Source: Bacteroidota bacterium
GTDB lineage: Bacteria > Bacteroidota > Ignavibacteria > Kapaibacteriales > UBA2268
Assembly: GCA_009777815.1 (NCBI GenBank)
Contig: WRLB01000004.1
Coordinates: 1 to 43,699, forward strand
DNA: 43,699 bases
Direction: 5' to 3'
Shown piece by piece: positions 1 to 11,033 of this stretch; position 1 is the first letter of the stretch, and each line of letters begins with the position of its first letter. The notes below the pieces were generated by a model. It searched no databases, had not been told where the DNA came from, and saw nothing but the letters and a program-made list of their open reading frames with translations. The position numbers and the translations under genes were made by a program.

Positions 1-34
1 TATTTAAAATAATAATTATATTATAAAAAAACAT

Positions 35-42
35 TATATTTG
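35..42 (+). promoter_or_regulatory. Bacteroidetes-type -7 promoter element (TATATTTG) upstream of rpoC
   Basis: Matches TAnnTTTG; the same motif precedes most genes in the window. Confidence 0.55.
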
Positions 43-128
43 TATTCTTTAAAATGGAAAGGTGTCCGTTTTTTAGTTTTTTATAATTTTAAAACTTTAA
101 TTTAAGATAAAATTCAAGGAAAATATAT

Positions 129-3100
129 ATGACAACTGTGCAAGTTGCAAGCAACAGAATAAAAAATATTTCTATTAAATTATCATCACCTGACGATATC
201 CTAAATCGCTCAAAAGGTGAAGTGGTTAAACCCGAAACAATTAATCACAAGTCGTTTAGACCTGAACGTGATGGTCTGTTTTGCGAAAAAATATTCGGTC
301 CCGTTAGAGATTGGGAGTGCGCCTGCGGAAAATACAAGCGAATAAGATACAAAGGTATCATCTGTGATAAATGTGGTGTTGAAGTAACACAAAAATCTGT
401 CAGACGTGATAGAATGGGACATATTACGCTTGCTGTTCCAATAGTTCATATCTGGTTCTTACGTTCACAGCCAAGCAAAATAAAAGATGCACTTGGACTT
501 TCTTCAAAAGATATAGAACGTATTACTTACTACGAATCTTATATTGTAATACAGCCAGGTAAAACAGGTTGTCTAACACATGACCTACTTACAGAAGAAG
601 AATATAATAGAGTTCTTTCAGAAGCAGGTGCAATAAATGATTCATTAGATGATGACGACCCTAACAAGTTTATTGCTCTATCAGGCGGTGAAGCAGTAAA
701 AGAAATACTAAAGCAAGTAGATCCCGATAAAACATATAGAGAGTTAAAAGAACAATTAAGATTCGAAACATCTGCAACAAAAAAAACAGCAATATCTAAA
801 CGTTTAAGGGTCCTTGATGCATTCCGTCAAAGTGCAAAGAACCCAGGTCTAAAGAACGACCCACATTGGATGGTGTTAGATATAGTTCCTGTAACTCCTC
901 CTGATTTACGTCCATTAGTTCCGTTAGAAGGCGGTAGGTTTGCTACTTCTGATTTGAACGACTTGTATCGCAGAGTTTTAATAAGAAATAACCGACTAAA
1001 AAGATTAATGGATATTAAAGCACCTGAAGTAATTTTAAGAAATGAAAAAAGGATGCTCCAAGAATCTGTAGATGCATTGTTTGATAATTCGCGTAGAACT
1101 GTCCGTAGTGAAGCACAGCGTCCGTTGAAGTCATTAGCAGATAATTTAAAAGGAAAAACAGGACGTTTCCGCCAGAATTTGCTAGGAAAACGAGTTGATT
1201 ACTCGGGACGTTCTGTAATAGTTGTTGGACCTGAGTTGAAGTTGCATGAGTGTGGTTTGCCAAAAGATTTAGCATTAGAATTATTTAAACCATTCGTTAT
1301 TCGTAGATTGCTTGAAAGAGGATATGTAAAAACAGTTAAAACAGCAAAAAAAGTAATAGAAAGAAAAGATACTATTGTATATGATATTTTAGAACTGGCA
1401 ATAGAAGGACATCCTGTATTGCTGAATCGCGCTCCGACATTGCATAGATTAGGCATTCAAGCATTTCAGCCAAAATTAATAGAAGGAAAGGCAATTCAAT
1501 TGCATCCATTAGTTTGCACGGCGTTTAATGCTGATTTTGATGGTGACCAGATGGCAGTGCATTTACCTATTAGTTTTGAAGCACAATTAGAGGCATTTTT
1601 ATTAATGCTTGCTCCTAATAACATAATGCACACTCAAAATGGCGAACCAATTACGGTGCCTTCGCAAGATATGGTATTGGGTTGCTATTATCTAACAAAG
1701 ATGCGACCAGGTGCAAAAGGTGAAAGAAAGTTATTTGCTTCAAAAGATGAATTGTTAGTCGCTTATAATTTAAAACAAGTTGATTTGCACGCTAATGTAA
1801 AAATCCGATATAATGGAAAAATAATAGAAACTACCCCTGGTAGGGTGTTATTTAATGAAATAGTTCCTGATGAGTTAGGTTTCTTGAATGAACTTCTAAC
1901 AAAAACACGTTTAAAAGATATTATCGGTTTTTGCTTCAGAAAAGTAGGCTTGGATAAAACAGCAGCATTCTTGGATAATCTAAAAAATATGGGCTACAAA
2001 TATGCTACAATTGGCGGTTTGTCTGTAAATATATCCGATGTTATTATTCCAGTGGATAAAAACGATATCGTAAATGCAGCACAAAAAAAGGTAGATGCCG
2101 TTGAAAAAGCATACCGTAACTCTATAATATCAGCAAATGAAAGGTATAATAAAATAATAGATCTTTGGTCTACGGCTTCAAATAAAGTTGCAGATAGATT
2201 ATATAATGACTTGCAAAAATCTTATCAAGGGTTTAATTCTTTTTGGATGATGCTTGATTCAAAAGCAAGAGGTTCTAAAGAACAGATTCGCCAGTTAGCA
2301 GGTATGCGTGGTTTGATGGCAAAACCTAAAAAATCTTTGTCTGGTTCTACAGGTGAATTGATTGAAAACCCTATTATTGCTAATTTTAAAGAAGGATTAC
2401 CTATATTAGAATACTTTATTTCTACTCACGGTGCAAGAAAAGGTTTAGCCGATACTGCTCTAAAAACAGCCGATGCAGGATACTTAACAAGAAGATTGCA
2501 CGATGTTGCTCAAGACGTAATAATATCAGAAGATGACTGTGATACAATTCGCGGAATATGGATGACTGCTCTAAAAACAGGCGAAGAAGTAAAAGAGCCA
2601 TTGTATGAAAGGATATTAGGTAGAGTTGCATTGAACGAAGTAAAGGATCCTATAACAAGTGAAGTATTAGTAAAATCAGGGCAGTTAATTACCGAAGATG
2701 AAGCACGAACAATAGATTCTTCTGCAGTAGAAAAAGTTCAGATTCGTTCTGTATTAACTTGCGAATCAAGACGAGGCGTTTGTGCTAAATGCTATGGCAA
2801 AAATATGGCAACAGGCAAAATAGTTGATGTCGGCGAAGCAGTAGGAACTATAGCATCACAATCTATCGGCGAGCCGGGAACTCAGCTTACGCTACGAACA
2901 TTCCACACAGGCGGAACTGCTGCATTAGTAGCATCACAATCGGCTGTAAATGCTAAATTTAAAGGTATGATATTGTTCGAAAATGTAAAAACAATAAGTT
3001 ATCCCGGTGACGATGGTATGATTGACGTTGTTGTAAGCAGAAATGGTAATATACAAATTATAGACCCTGATTCTAATAATACATTAACAAAATATGATGT

Positions 3101-4484
3101 AACTCACGGTTCAGTTCTTAAAGTTGTTGATGGACAACCAGTAGAAAAAGAACAACTAATTTACGAATGGGACCCATATAATGCGTCTATTATAGCAGAA
3201 GTAAATGGTATGGTGAAATTTACAGATTTAGTATTAAATGTTACTTATAGAGAAATAAATGACGAACAAACAGGACATACTACTAAGTTAGTTATAGATT
3301 CACGAGATAAAACAAAAACACCTTCCATAGATATTATTGACGATGATGGCAACGTTCTTAAATCATACAGTATTCCAGCAAAAGCACAAATTAGAATAGA
3401 AGATGCAGAAATTGTTACTATCGGCACATCATTAGCAAAAATACCAAGAGACCTTGGAAGAACGCGTGATATTACAGGAGGTCTGCCACGAGTTACCGAA
3501 TTACTTGAAGCAAGAACTCCACAAACTCCTGCTGTTGTATCCGACATAGATGGCTATATTTCTACGGGAACACCGAAAAGAAATATGAAATGTATAGTAG
3601 TTACATCTCCTGATGGTGTTTCCCAAAATGATTACTATATCCCTAAAGGTAAATATATAATAGTTCAAGAAGGTGACTACGTTAAAGCAGGCGACAGAAT
3701 TACTGAAGGTTCAGTTGACCCACACGACATCTTAAGAATCAAAGGACCAAATGCCGTTCAAGAATACTTAGTAAACGAAATACAAGAAGTATATCGTATG
3801 CAAGGCGTTAAAATAAACGACAAGCATATAGAAGTTATAGTAAGACAAATGCTCCAAAAAGTTAGAATTGTTGATGCTGGTGACTCTACATTTATTGAAG
3901 GCGATTGTATAGATAAATTAAGATTGTTAGACGAAAACCAAGCACTGAAAAATATGGTCTGTGTGGAAGATAAAGGCACTACTAAACTTAACCAAGGTGC
4001 TTTGTATCCAAGGAAACAAATAAATACAATAAACAAAGAAATGAAAAATAAAGGCAAAAATCTTGCAGTAGTCAGACAAGCCGACCCTGCTATTTCAGAA
4101 CCTGTTCTACTCGGCATAACGCAAGCAGCAATAGCAACCGAAAGTTGGCTGTCGGCAGCATCGTTCCAAGAAACTACTAAAGTCCTATCACAAGTATCAT
4201 TATCATCCAAAAAAGATAATTTGGCGGGACTAAAAGAAAATATAATTATTGGACAACTAATTCCAGCAGGAACAGGATTACGCCATTATTATGATATGTT
4301 TATTGATAGCGAAATTGGAAATGTATTTGGCAGAGCATTCGAGGAAAAATTAGAAGAAGAACGAAAAACGAAAACTAAAATAGAACGAGATAGCATATTA
4401 GAAGACATACAATCTGAAATGACACAAAAGATAGGACAAACAGATATAGACGAAATGAACGACATTGACGAAAGCGAATTGTAG
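129..4484 (+). CDS. rpoC: DNA-directed RNA polymerase subunit beta'
   Basis: NADFDGD catalytic motif, N-terminal Zn finger (CACGKYK...CDKC), bridge helix [30 protein letters not shown]...DITGGLPRV trigger loop with insertion. Confidence 0.99.
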   Translation: MTTVQVASNRIKNISIKLSSPDDILNRSKGEVVKPETINHKSFRPERDGLFCEKIFGPVRDWECACGKYKRIRYKGIICDKCGVEVTQKSVRRDRMGHITLAVPIVHIWFLRSQPSKIKDALGLSSKDIERITYYESYIVIQPGKTGCLTHDLLTEEEYNRVLSEAGAINDSLDDDDPNKFIALSGGEAVKEILKQVDPDKTYRELKEQLRFETSATKKTAISKRLRVLDAFRQSAKNPGLKNDPHWMVLDIVPVTPPDLRPLVPLEGGRFATSDLNDLYRRVLIRNNRLKRLMDIKAPEVILRNEKRMLQESVDALFDNSRRTVRSEAQRPLKSLADNLKGKTGRFRQNLLGKRVDYSGRSVIVVGPELKLHECGLPKDLALELFKPFVIRRLLERGYVKTVKTAKKVIERKDTIVYDILELAIEGHPVLLNRAPTLHRLGIQAFQPKLIEGKAIQLHPLVCTAFNADFDGDQMAVHLPISFEAQLEAFLLMLAPNNIMHTQNGEPITVPSQDMVLGCYYLTKMRPGAKGERKLFASKDELLVAYNLKQVDLHANVKIRYNGKIIETTPGRVLFNEIVPDELGFLNELLTKTRLKDIIGFCFRKVGLDKTAAFLDNLKNMGYKYATIGGLSVNISDVIIPVDKNDIVNAAQKKVDAVEKAYRNSIISANERYNKIIDLWSTASNKVADRLYNDLQKSYQGFNSFWMMLDSKARGSKEQIRQLAGMRGLMAKPKKSLSGSTGELIENPIIANFKEGLPILEYFISTHGARKGLADTALKTADAGYLTRRLHDVAQDVIISEDDCDTIRGIWMTALKTGEEVKEPLYERILGRVALNEVKDPITSEVLVKSGQLITEDEARTIDSSAVEKVQIRSVLTCESRRGVCAKCYGKNMATGKIVDVGEAVGTIASQSIGEPGTQLTLRTFHTGGTAALVASQSAVNAKFKGMILFENVKTISYPGDDGMIDVVVSRNGNIQIIDPDSNNTLTKYDVTHGSVLKVVDGQPVEKEQLIYEWDPYNASIIAEVNGMVKFTDLVLNVTYREINDEQTGHTTKLVIDSRDKTKTPSIDIIDDDGNVLKSYSIPAKAQIRIEDAEIVTIGTSLAKIPRDLGRTRDITGGLPRVTELLEARTPQTPAVVSDIDGYISTGTPKRNMKCIVVTSPDGVSQNDYYIPKGKYIIVQEGDYVKAGDRITEGSVDPHDILRIKGPNAVQEYLVNEIQEVYRMQGVKINDKHIEVIVRQMLQKVRIVDAGDSTFIEGDCIDKLRLLDENQALKNMVCVEDKGTTKLNQGALYPRKQINTINKEMKNKGKNLAVVRQADPAISEPVLLGITQAAIATESWLSAASFQETTKVLSQVSLSSKKDNLAGLKENIIIGQLIPAGTGLRHYYDMFIDSEIGNVFGRAFEEKLEEERKTKTKIERDSILEDIQSEMTQKIGQTDIDEMNDIDESEL

Positions 4485-4506
4485 GAATATAGTTTTTTCT
4501 ATATCA

Positions 4507-4563
4507 TATCGCACTTGTTTCGGCATCTACTAATTATTAAAGAGATGCTGAACAAGTGCGATA
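4507..4563. repeat. Inverted pair of family-A palindromic repeats; probable bidirectional terminator
   Basis: TATCGCACTTGTTTCGGCATCT ... AGATGCTGAACAAGTGCGATA between convergent rpoC and PAS gene. Confidence 0.75.
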
Positions 4564-4583
4564 GACATTTGGGGGCAACATTT

Positions 4584-4940
4584 CTACTTATCTCTATTGT
4601 GGTGGGGCATATTATCAGGAAGGATAATTGATAACTCAACTAATCCTGCAATAGCACCGTTCTTATACCAAGGCGTTTGGTGAATAAGTTTTTTTACACC
4701 ATTCTTTTGAACGGTGTAAGTGTTAGAAATATTGTTTTCTAACATTTTGCTAATTATTTCATTTGATTGTTTAGAGTGACAATTATCTAATTTGTCGCCT
4801 ATATTTGTAGTAGGAAAAGTAGTTTTAGATTTGTCATTCATATAAATGATTTCGTTTTTTTTATCAGTAACAGTTATTGCTAAATTTAATTCTTTTGCCC
4901 ATTCTACAATGTTAGAAAAGTCGTTCACATTAGTATTCAT
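4584..4940 (-). CDS. Stand-alone PAS-domain protein
   Basis: AITVTD..NEIIYMN, G..L..CH, KKLIHQTPWY..G...GLVELSI..P..MPH pattern; ATG at 4940 preferred over TTG at 4952. Confidence 0.75.
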   Translation of the reverse strand: MNTNVNDFSNIVEWAKELNLAITVTDKKNEIIYMNDKSKTTFPTTNIGDKLDNCHSKQSNEIISKMLENNISNTYTVQKNGVKKLIHQTPWYKNGAIAGLVELSIILPDNMPHHNRDK

Positions 4941-5272
4941 AATAGTTTTCAAGTTTTTTTTTATTTAAAATATGTATAAAAAAAATAATTGTTGATATAA
5001 TTGAAATTTTTCGGCATTTTCCTTGTAAATTATTTATATGTATTTTGTAGTAGTAATTTTTATATAATATTTTAGAAAAAATTATATTTTTTGTTTTTTT
5101 TATAAAAAAAATATTTTTTTTATAAAAAAGTTGCTTTTTTTTGTTTTTTTTAATAAAAATAAATTATATTTAATTTTTTATAAAAGCCATTAACATAAAA
5201 TGTTTTTATAAAACAATAATTTTATGCTAATAATTTTAGTTTTGATTTAGAATTTTTTTTTAATAAATAGAT

Positions 5273-5293
5273 AACGGCGAAAGCCGTTGGAGG
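5273..5293 (+). promoter_or_regulatory. GNRA-capped 5'-UTR hairpin followed by Shine-Dalgarno GGAGG
   Basis: AACGGC-GAAA-GCCGTT (5273-5288), then GGAGG (5289-5293), 9 nt before ATG 5303. Confidence 0.65.
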
Positions 5294-5302
5294 TTTAATT
5301 TA

Positions 5303-7624
5303 ATGGGAAAAGGCAGTCAAGCCAAGGTCTATTTTGTGTTATACCTTGCCATTGTGGTGGAACTTCTGATCATTATCGTAGAGCGTGATGAGGCAGAAGA
5401 ACATCTACATAAAATGAACAACGAGACGATGAAAATCGTTGAGAGTATTTTATCTCAATTATATTCAGGTTCGGGTTCAGAAGGTATAAATACAAAACCC
5501 CAAGACGAGATTACTCTGCCCGCAGATGCCGATATGGCAGCAGTAAAAGAAATATTTGGTAGCGAATTGAAAACGTGGCGCAGATACCAAATAGACGTAG
5601 GTGTAACAGATGTAACACTTGCAATAAAGCGAAAAGAAGGTGAAAACGCAAAAGAATACGAGGAACGTTTATTCAATATGCTTTCACTTGCTAACGTAGA
5701 AGATTTAGAATACCAGATTTTCTTTATTCCTACGCAAAGCACAGATACTATGCCTTCTTTTCATTCAGATGACTATATCAGGACTAATGATATAGATTTT
5801 ATGTCTTTCCAGAATGGTCAAAGTTTTCCTGGTCCGAATGGTGAACCTTGGCAATTCATAGGAGCATATAAATTATCTATTGATAAGCAAGATGCATTTT
5901 CTAAATTAGACAGAAATAATCTGCTAACTACTTTAGATTTTGTGCCCGTGTATAAGCCCGTATCAAGAATCGGTAACGGTGCTTCACCGCGGGGACAAGA
6001 AGATTCTTCATTTTTCTATTCGGATATAAAAACGCGAGAATCGTTTGCGGCATCCGATGGCAAAGGGTCTCCTAAACGTTCTTTTTTAGTTGGTTTTGAA
6101 CCACCTGATAGAACAAAAGCAGGTCTATACAAACTACGTTTTGCGTCTAAAACTAATCGTATCCTCGGCGTAACAGTTTTAGAAGATGGACAAAGGCGCG
6201 GCTCCGATGAAGAAACAAAAGTTAATATCGGAACAGTGCAACTTACCGTTAAGGACTTGAAAAAAGTTGCCGTAGAGTTAAAGAAAAGGCATAATGAACT
6301 TGATAAAGTTCCAGCCGTAGATGACTTATCTAATGCATCAGGTTCAGAAATTGCAAGTAGATTAGATGCATTTAATGCAGCAATAGAAGATGCAAAAAGT
6401 AAAGCAGAAACAAGCGATAATTCTGCTGACTTAATTGCTAAAATAAGATTGTATGAATACATAGCACGGCTTGTAATTCCAGGACAATCTGCTAATTTTG
6501 ATCAAAATAGAAGCAATTTTGATATAAATGTTAGAGTCCAAACAGCAAAACCAAGCACTGCAAAACCATATGTTTCTATGCTCTCTGCTAATAAATGTTT
6601 CACAAATGCAAAACACGTATTAGAAATAGAAGCAGGTCCTTATAAGACAAATAATAAAGTAACAGGTCGGGTTCTTGGTTCTTATAATGCTGATATTACT
6701 TTCGTTCAAGATGGTGCTACGCCTGAACGAGATAAGCAATATAAACTGCGAGGAACTGTAAATAACGTGTTGCCTGCAGGTAAATATGTAATAGAAATTA
6801 CGCACGATATTGCAGGCAAGTTTGAAGTTTTTAGAGATACTTTGACCGTCTATGAGGCAGGTATCCAAGAAGAAACAAGAACTAATACAAGAGTCAGAAA
6901 CAGAATCGTATATGGAAAAATGCTCGCATTTGACCTATTTCCGAATTCTGGCAATGAAGTTCAAGCGAACCAATTTAAAACAATAGTTACGTTCGACGGC
7001 GGAAATGAACGAAGTGTTAATGGTTATAAAGTTACAAGAGATGCAGGAATTATGTGTAAAGCAGAATATAATACCGCAAGTGTAAAACTTGTATGGGTTC
7101 AACCTATTACTTACCAAGAGTTTGAACTTTATAGCACAAACGGCGACTTAAAATTAGAAGAACCATCAATATTTGGTGATATGATACCAAAATATTCAAG
7201 TAGTGGCAACAAAATAAAAATAGAAGCAACAGGATTACAAATACTTTCACCAGAAACAGGATTGGATGATAAAAATGCTGTATGCAGAATGCCAGAGCCA
7301 AAATTAAGAGATGGTTCTGCGGATGTAAATGGTTATAGTATATCAAGCCAGCCACAAATAGTAGGTGGCGATGCAAACAACGGATATATTATAGAATTAG
7401 AAATACAGAAAAATCCAGGTGTGAATGTTAAATCGGCAGAAGGTTCAATTACAATCCCTGTAACTGTTACAGCAACGCATCCTACAAATGGTAAAACATC
7501 TGTCGGAGAAAGTGAAATAATACTTAACATTAATTATACACAAAGTGCGGCTAGACCATCTTCTACACAACAAAAGAAAGGAACACCTGCTCCTAAAAAA
7601 GCACCTGCTCCTAAAAAGAAGTAA
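5303..7624 (+). CDS. Hypothetical single-pass membrane protein, possibly divergent GldM/PorM-like
   Basis: 773-aa ORF; N-terminal TM helix KVYFVLYLAIVVELLIII, helical region, then beta-rich (Ig-like) domains and a basic PAPKK tail. Confidence 0.6.
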   Translation: MGKGSQAKVYFVLYLAIVVELLIIIVERDEAEEHLHKMNNETMKIVESILSQLYSGSGSEGINTKPQDEITLPADADMAAVKEIFGSELKTWRRYQIDVGVTDVTLAIKRKEGENAKEYEERLFNMLSLANVEDLEYQIFFIPTQSTDTMPSFHSDDYIRTNDIDFMSFQNGQSFPGPNGEPWQFIGAYKLSIDKQDAFSKLDRNNLLTTLDFVPVYKPVSRIGNGASPRGQEDSSFFYSDIKTRESFAASDGKGSPKRSFLVGFEPPDRTKAGLYKLRFASKTNRILGVTVLEDGQRRGSDEETKVNIGTVQLTVKDLKKVAVELKKRHNELDKVPAVDDLSNASGSEIASRLDAFNAAIEDAKSKAETSDNSADLIAKIRLYEYIARLVIPGQSANFDQNRSNFDINVRVQTAKPSTAKPYVSMLSANKCFTNAKHVLEIEAGPYKTNNKVTGRVLGSYNADITFVQDGATPERDKQYKLRGTVNNVLPAGKYVIEITHDIAGKFEVFRDTLTVYEAGIQEETRTNTRVRNRIVYGKMLAFDLFPNSGNEVQANQFKTIVTFDGGNERSVNGYKVTRDAGIMCKAEYNTASVKLVWVQPITYQEFELYSTNGDLKLEEPSIFGDMIPKYSSSGNKIKIEATGLQILSPETGLDDKNAVCRMPEPKLRDGSADVNGYSISSQPQIVGGDANNGYIIELEIQKNPGVNVKSAEGSITIPVTVTATHPTNGKTSVGESEIILNINYTQSAARPSSTQQKKGTPAPKKAPAPKKK

Positions 7625-7665
7625 CTTTAATTTTTTATTAGAATAATATAAGGAAACATAAATTT

Positions 7666-9510
7666 ATGTTAATTAAAAAAAGAAACCTAATTCTTAGTGC
7701 AATATTAATCGGATTGATAGCGTTATTTATCACTCCTGCAAAAGCACAAGAATCCACCCAAAATAAAGTAAAATCTATTATGGGTAATTTTAGTAATATT
7801 CGTTTTTCTTCTGTGAACTATTATGAATTAAACGACAAAAGAGTTCGAGATTTAAAAGAAATTATTAAAAGCAAAATTGGTATGGAAGAAGATAATCAAG
7901 ATGATGGCAATCCAAACAATCAGATTATCGATTCTGCCAGATTAATGCCGATTGTCAATGAATTAAAAAGGTTAATTGCTCAAAATCCACAAAACAGAAC
8001 ATTACCTTTTGTCATTAGGCAAATGAATAGCGGTGTTGAACAATATGAAGAGTTAGTTGATTTGTTTGACCAAATTAATCCTACCGACCAAGAACAAAGG
8101 TTGGCTATGCAACTGGCGAATCCTGTTCAAAGAGCAAGGGCGGACATTTATAGAATGTTCATTATAACAACGCCCGTAGATAACCCTAACGACCTATACT
8201 ATGTGCCTGATATAATAGGACTCGTTCTATGTAAAGAACGAATAGATAAAGATGAGTTTGAAAACGAACTTATTAGTTATTACAATATAGTTATAGGTAA
8301 TTCGGTTGCTAATGAAAATAATATTATAACCTACAACCAACTTCAAAATTTAGTATATACGGATCCTAATACAAATGAGGATGTCAGTTTATACGACAAG
8401 TTAATAATGGAATATAGACAAAATAATTTTATTCCTGTCACTGCTGAAGTTAGAGGTATAGGCACAGAATTAGTGTTTATGAACACTTACGGAAAATCTA
8501 CTTCGTTAATATCTAATGAGAACGATATTGCCGAAGAAGACATCCAAAGTTTCATTAGAATCACTGAGGGACAACCATTTGATTACTTTAAAGAAAATGA
8601 AGTAATTGTAAGTCCTGATTATATAAGTTGGCGTAGATACCGAATAGATTATTATGAAGAAGAAGATTCATTGGGTAATATGGTTATGGTGCCAAGCGGC
8701 TTTGCTGCAAATTCTACGCTTCCATTATATGGAGTAGAACTTAAATTTGGGTTAGACGAAATAAACTATCCAAGTTTCTTCAGCGAAAGAATGATGGTTC
8801 GTGCCATTTGGGATAATATCAAATTAGGAGTCATATTACCTACTCCAGGCTGGTCTTCATTTACAAAAGATGTCTTTGATATAGACAGAAGATTCACATT
8901 CGGTGGATTAGGTATAACAGGTGCATTTGATTTTCCGATAAAAGTAATACCACAAAGCGGTGTATTCAGTATGAGTGCATCTTATTTGTTCGGTGATGCT
9001 AAAACTCCTTCATATAAAGATAGAAAAAAATTATATGATGAGGATGGCTTTAACTACATAGAAGACGACCTGTTTTACAACGACTACTTAATAAGATATA
9101 CTGCTCAAGCACACTATACTTTTGGTTTTGCTATAGACCAATCTTATTTATTTAGATTTGGAATAGGCGGAACTATATATGGTGCTGAAACTTGGCACGA
9201 CTACGAAGCAATAAACGATATGGACGAAGATATAGTCGTTTACAAGAAATCTGATAACGAAGCCGTAGGCGGTATATCTATGAAAGTAGAGTTTATGGCA
9301 AGGGATATTACTACACCTTTTGGCGTGTCGTTACAATACTTTGACGAGTCATTATTTGCTAATGCTTGGATACAAATACCGATAGTAGAAGATGCTTTCT
9401 TTTTAAGATTTGAAGCAAAAGGATGTGCTGCTGCTTTCAAAGAAACATTACATCCGTGGGAAAACAAAGCAGTTTTTATGCCGAGTGTACGACTTGTATT
9501 TAATTTTTAA
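7666..9510 (+). CDS. Hypothetical exported protein with predicted C-terminal outer-membrane beta-barrel
   Basis: Signal peptide ending AKA-Q; alternating aromatic strands in C-terminal half; ends RLVFNF (Bam-type terminal Phe). Confidence 0.65.
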   Translation: MLIKKRNLILSAILIGLIALFITPAKAQESTQNKVKSIMGNFSNIRFSSVNYYELNDKRVRDLKEIIKSKIGMEEDNQDDGNPNNQIIDSARLMPIVNELKRLIAQNPQNRTLPFVIRQMNSGVEQYEELVDLFDQINPTDQEQRLAMQLANPVQRARADIYRMFIITTPVDNPNDLYYVPDIIGLVLCKERIDKDEFENELISYYNIVIGNSVANENNIITYNQLQNLVYTDPNTNEDVSLYDKLIMEYRQNNFIPVTAEVRGIGTELVFMNTYGKSTSLISNENDIAEEDIQSFIRITEGQPFDYFKENEVIVSPDYISWRRYRIDYYEEEDSLGNMVMVPSGFAANSTLPLYGVELKFGLDEINYPSFFSERMMVRAIWDNIKLGVILPTPGWSSFTKDVFDIDRRFTFGGLGITGAFDFPIKVIPQSGVFSMSASYLFGDAKTPSYKDRKKLYDEDGFNYIEDDLFYNDYLIRYTAQAHYTFGFAIDQSYLFRFGIGGTIYGAETWHDYEAINDMDEDIVVYKKSDNEAVGGISMKVEFMARDITTPFGVSLQYFDESLFANAWIQIPIVEDAFFLRFEAKGCAAAFKETLHPWENKAVFMPSVRLVFNF

Positions 9511-9543
9511 TAACTATTTTTTAATAACAAAAAGATATAACAA

Positions 9544-11013
9544 ATGAATATAAACAAAATCATAACATCAATAATTACTATCTCAATACTATTTTTGTCA
9601 AGCATAGTAGTATATCCTCAGAGTTTTAGTTCTGACAAAGAGCAAAGAATATTAAACTCTTTAGAAACTTTGGATAATGAAATAGTAAAATACTTTCCCC
9701 GTTGGAAAGTATGTGAGCCAAACCTTCAATTGCATATATATAATATATTTAAGCAGGCGGGTTATCCAGCCGATAGGTTAAACTCAAGTAATATAGAAGT
9801 ATTAGCGGCACCAGGTCAATTTGATACCGAAAACGGCAATTATCAACTATTACTCGTCCAATGTGGCGATGCTGCAATGCAAACCTCAAAAATAAATCTT
9901 TACTTTACAGCACAATTAAGAAAAAAATTGTCAGGTGAAGAAAGTTATTCAGGCGTAGGAATAGGCAGAACATATTGCTATAAAGAAATTCCACCTGAAG
10001 CACCAGTTTCTACTTATCAAGCAGAAGCAATAATCAATTATTACCAGCCGACAGATGTCACGCACGCTATTTCACTTTCATTGTTTGAACAGGACTTAAA
10101 ACTCGGTGAAAGCGGCTTCTGGATAAAAAACGTGTTCGGAAATGATGATGCAGGATACCAATTCTGGGCATCGGGGCAAGTAGCAGTCCAACTGCAAAGA
10201 CCTTTATATGTAAATAAAGATATAGGAACAAGTAGAGCAATTCCTTATCTATTAAGTTTCTATATAGGTGGAGGCTACCGAATCTCATCTGGATTGCATC
10301 CCGAAGGAACAATGTTTTCATGGGTGCCAAAAAGAGTGCTAAACGCATCACAAAGCGGCGATTTTGTCGCAGGATTAGATTTCCATCTACCATTTGCTCC
10401 AGAATTCGGTATAAGTGCTTATGCAAGAGTTCCATTTGAATCGCCAAAGACAAAATCAATTAGATTAAGTGATTGGGGATATTACGATATAGAATCTTTA
10501 ATTAATGATGAGGAACGTGATGAAGTTATAGACACTTTGCCAGGTGACAAATATGGTAATACATATAATAATATAGTTCCTGTAATGCACTCATCAGGCA
10601 GAATATCATTGTTCTATAATTTATGGTTAGACAAGAAAAAACCAGAAAATTATTTTAGATTTGATTTAGGACTTAACTATGCCGAAACACGCGAAATGGC
10701 ATTAATTGGTGACCCTATTTCAACATCTAATGATTTAGAAGTCAGGGCAGATGATATCACGGGATTGCTAAATTATAAACCCGAAGGATTAGATTGGCTA
10801 TATTTCAAATTAGAATATAGAAACCAAGCAACTTGGCCCTTCGGAGCATCTTTGCAAATATCTAACCAGATATTGTTAACAAAAGTATGGGTTCCATTAT
10901 TAGGAAATTGGTTCTTGTTGGAGGCAAAATACTCTAATGTTTTACGTGATGCACGTCCATTTGAGTTAAAGAACTTTTTTATGATATCGCCTGTTATCAG
11001 GATAACGATATAG
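9544..11013 (+). CDS. Hypothetical exported protein, predicted beta-barrel, paralog of upstream gene
   Basis: Signal peptide; shares FGxDxxxY, PFGxSLQ, EAK and PxExKxxFM motifs with 7666..9510. Confidence 0.65.
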   Translation: MNINKIITSIITISILFLSSIVVYPQSFSSDKEQRILNSLETLDNEIVKYFPRWKVCEPNLQLHIYNIFKQAGYPADRLNSSNIEVLAAPGQFDTENGNYQLLLVQCGDAAMQTSKINLYFTAQLRKKLSGEESYSGVGIGRTYCYKEIPPEAPVSTYQAEAIINYYQPTDVTHAISLSLFEQDLKLGESGFWIKNVFGNDDAGYQFWASGQVAVQLQRPLYVNKDIGTSRAIPYLLSFYIGGGYRISSGLHPEGTMFSWVPKRVLNASQSGDFVAGLDFHLPFAPEFGISAYARVPFESPKTKSIRLSDWGYYDIESLINDEERDEVIDTLPGDKYGNTYNNIVPVMHSSGRISLFYNLWLDKKKPENYFRFDLGLNYAETREMALIGDPISTSNDLEVRADDITGLLNYKPEGLDWLYFKLEYRNQATWPFGASLQISNQILLTKVWVPLLGNWFLLEAKYSNVLRDARPFELKNFFMISPVIRITI

Positions 11014-11033
11014 TAAAAAACTACTTAAATTAT

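Noticed and set aside
297-1232. Avoidance of GGNCC sites due to the TdeIII-like R-M system
   Set aside because: GGTCC/GGACC sites are readily found (for example 297-301); any depletion would need a statistical test.
210-4210. Antisense and alternate-frame ORFs within rpoC (likewise within thrS, dprA, ugd, S8, truB and others)
   Set aside because: Shadow ORFs overlapping well-supported genes, with no recognisable motifs.
4953-5272. Replication origin in the very AT-rich gap, including a 34-bp A/T palindrome at 5096-5129
   Set aside because: No DnaA-box cluster seen; the palindrome is low-complexity and expected by chance at this composition.
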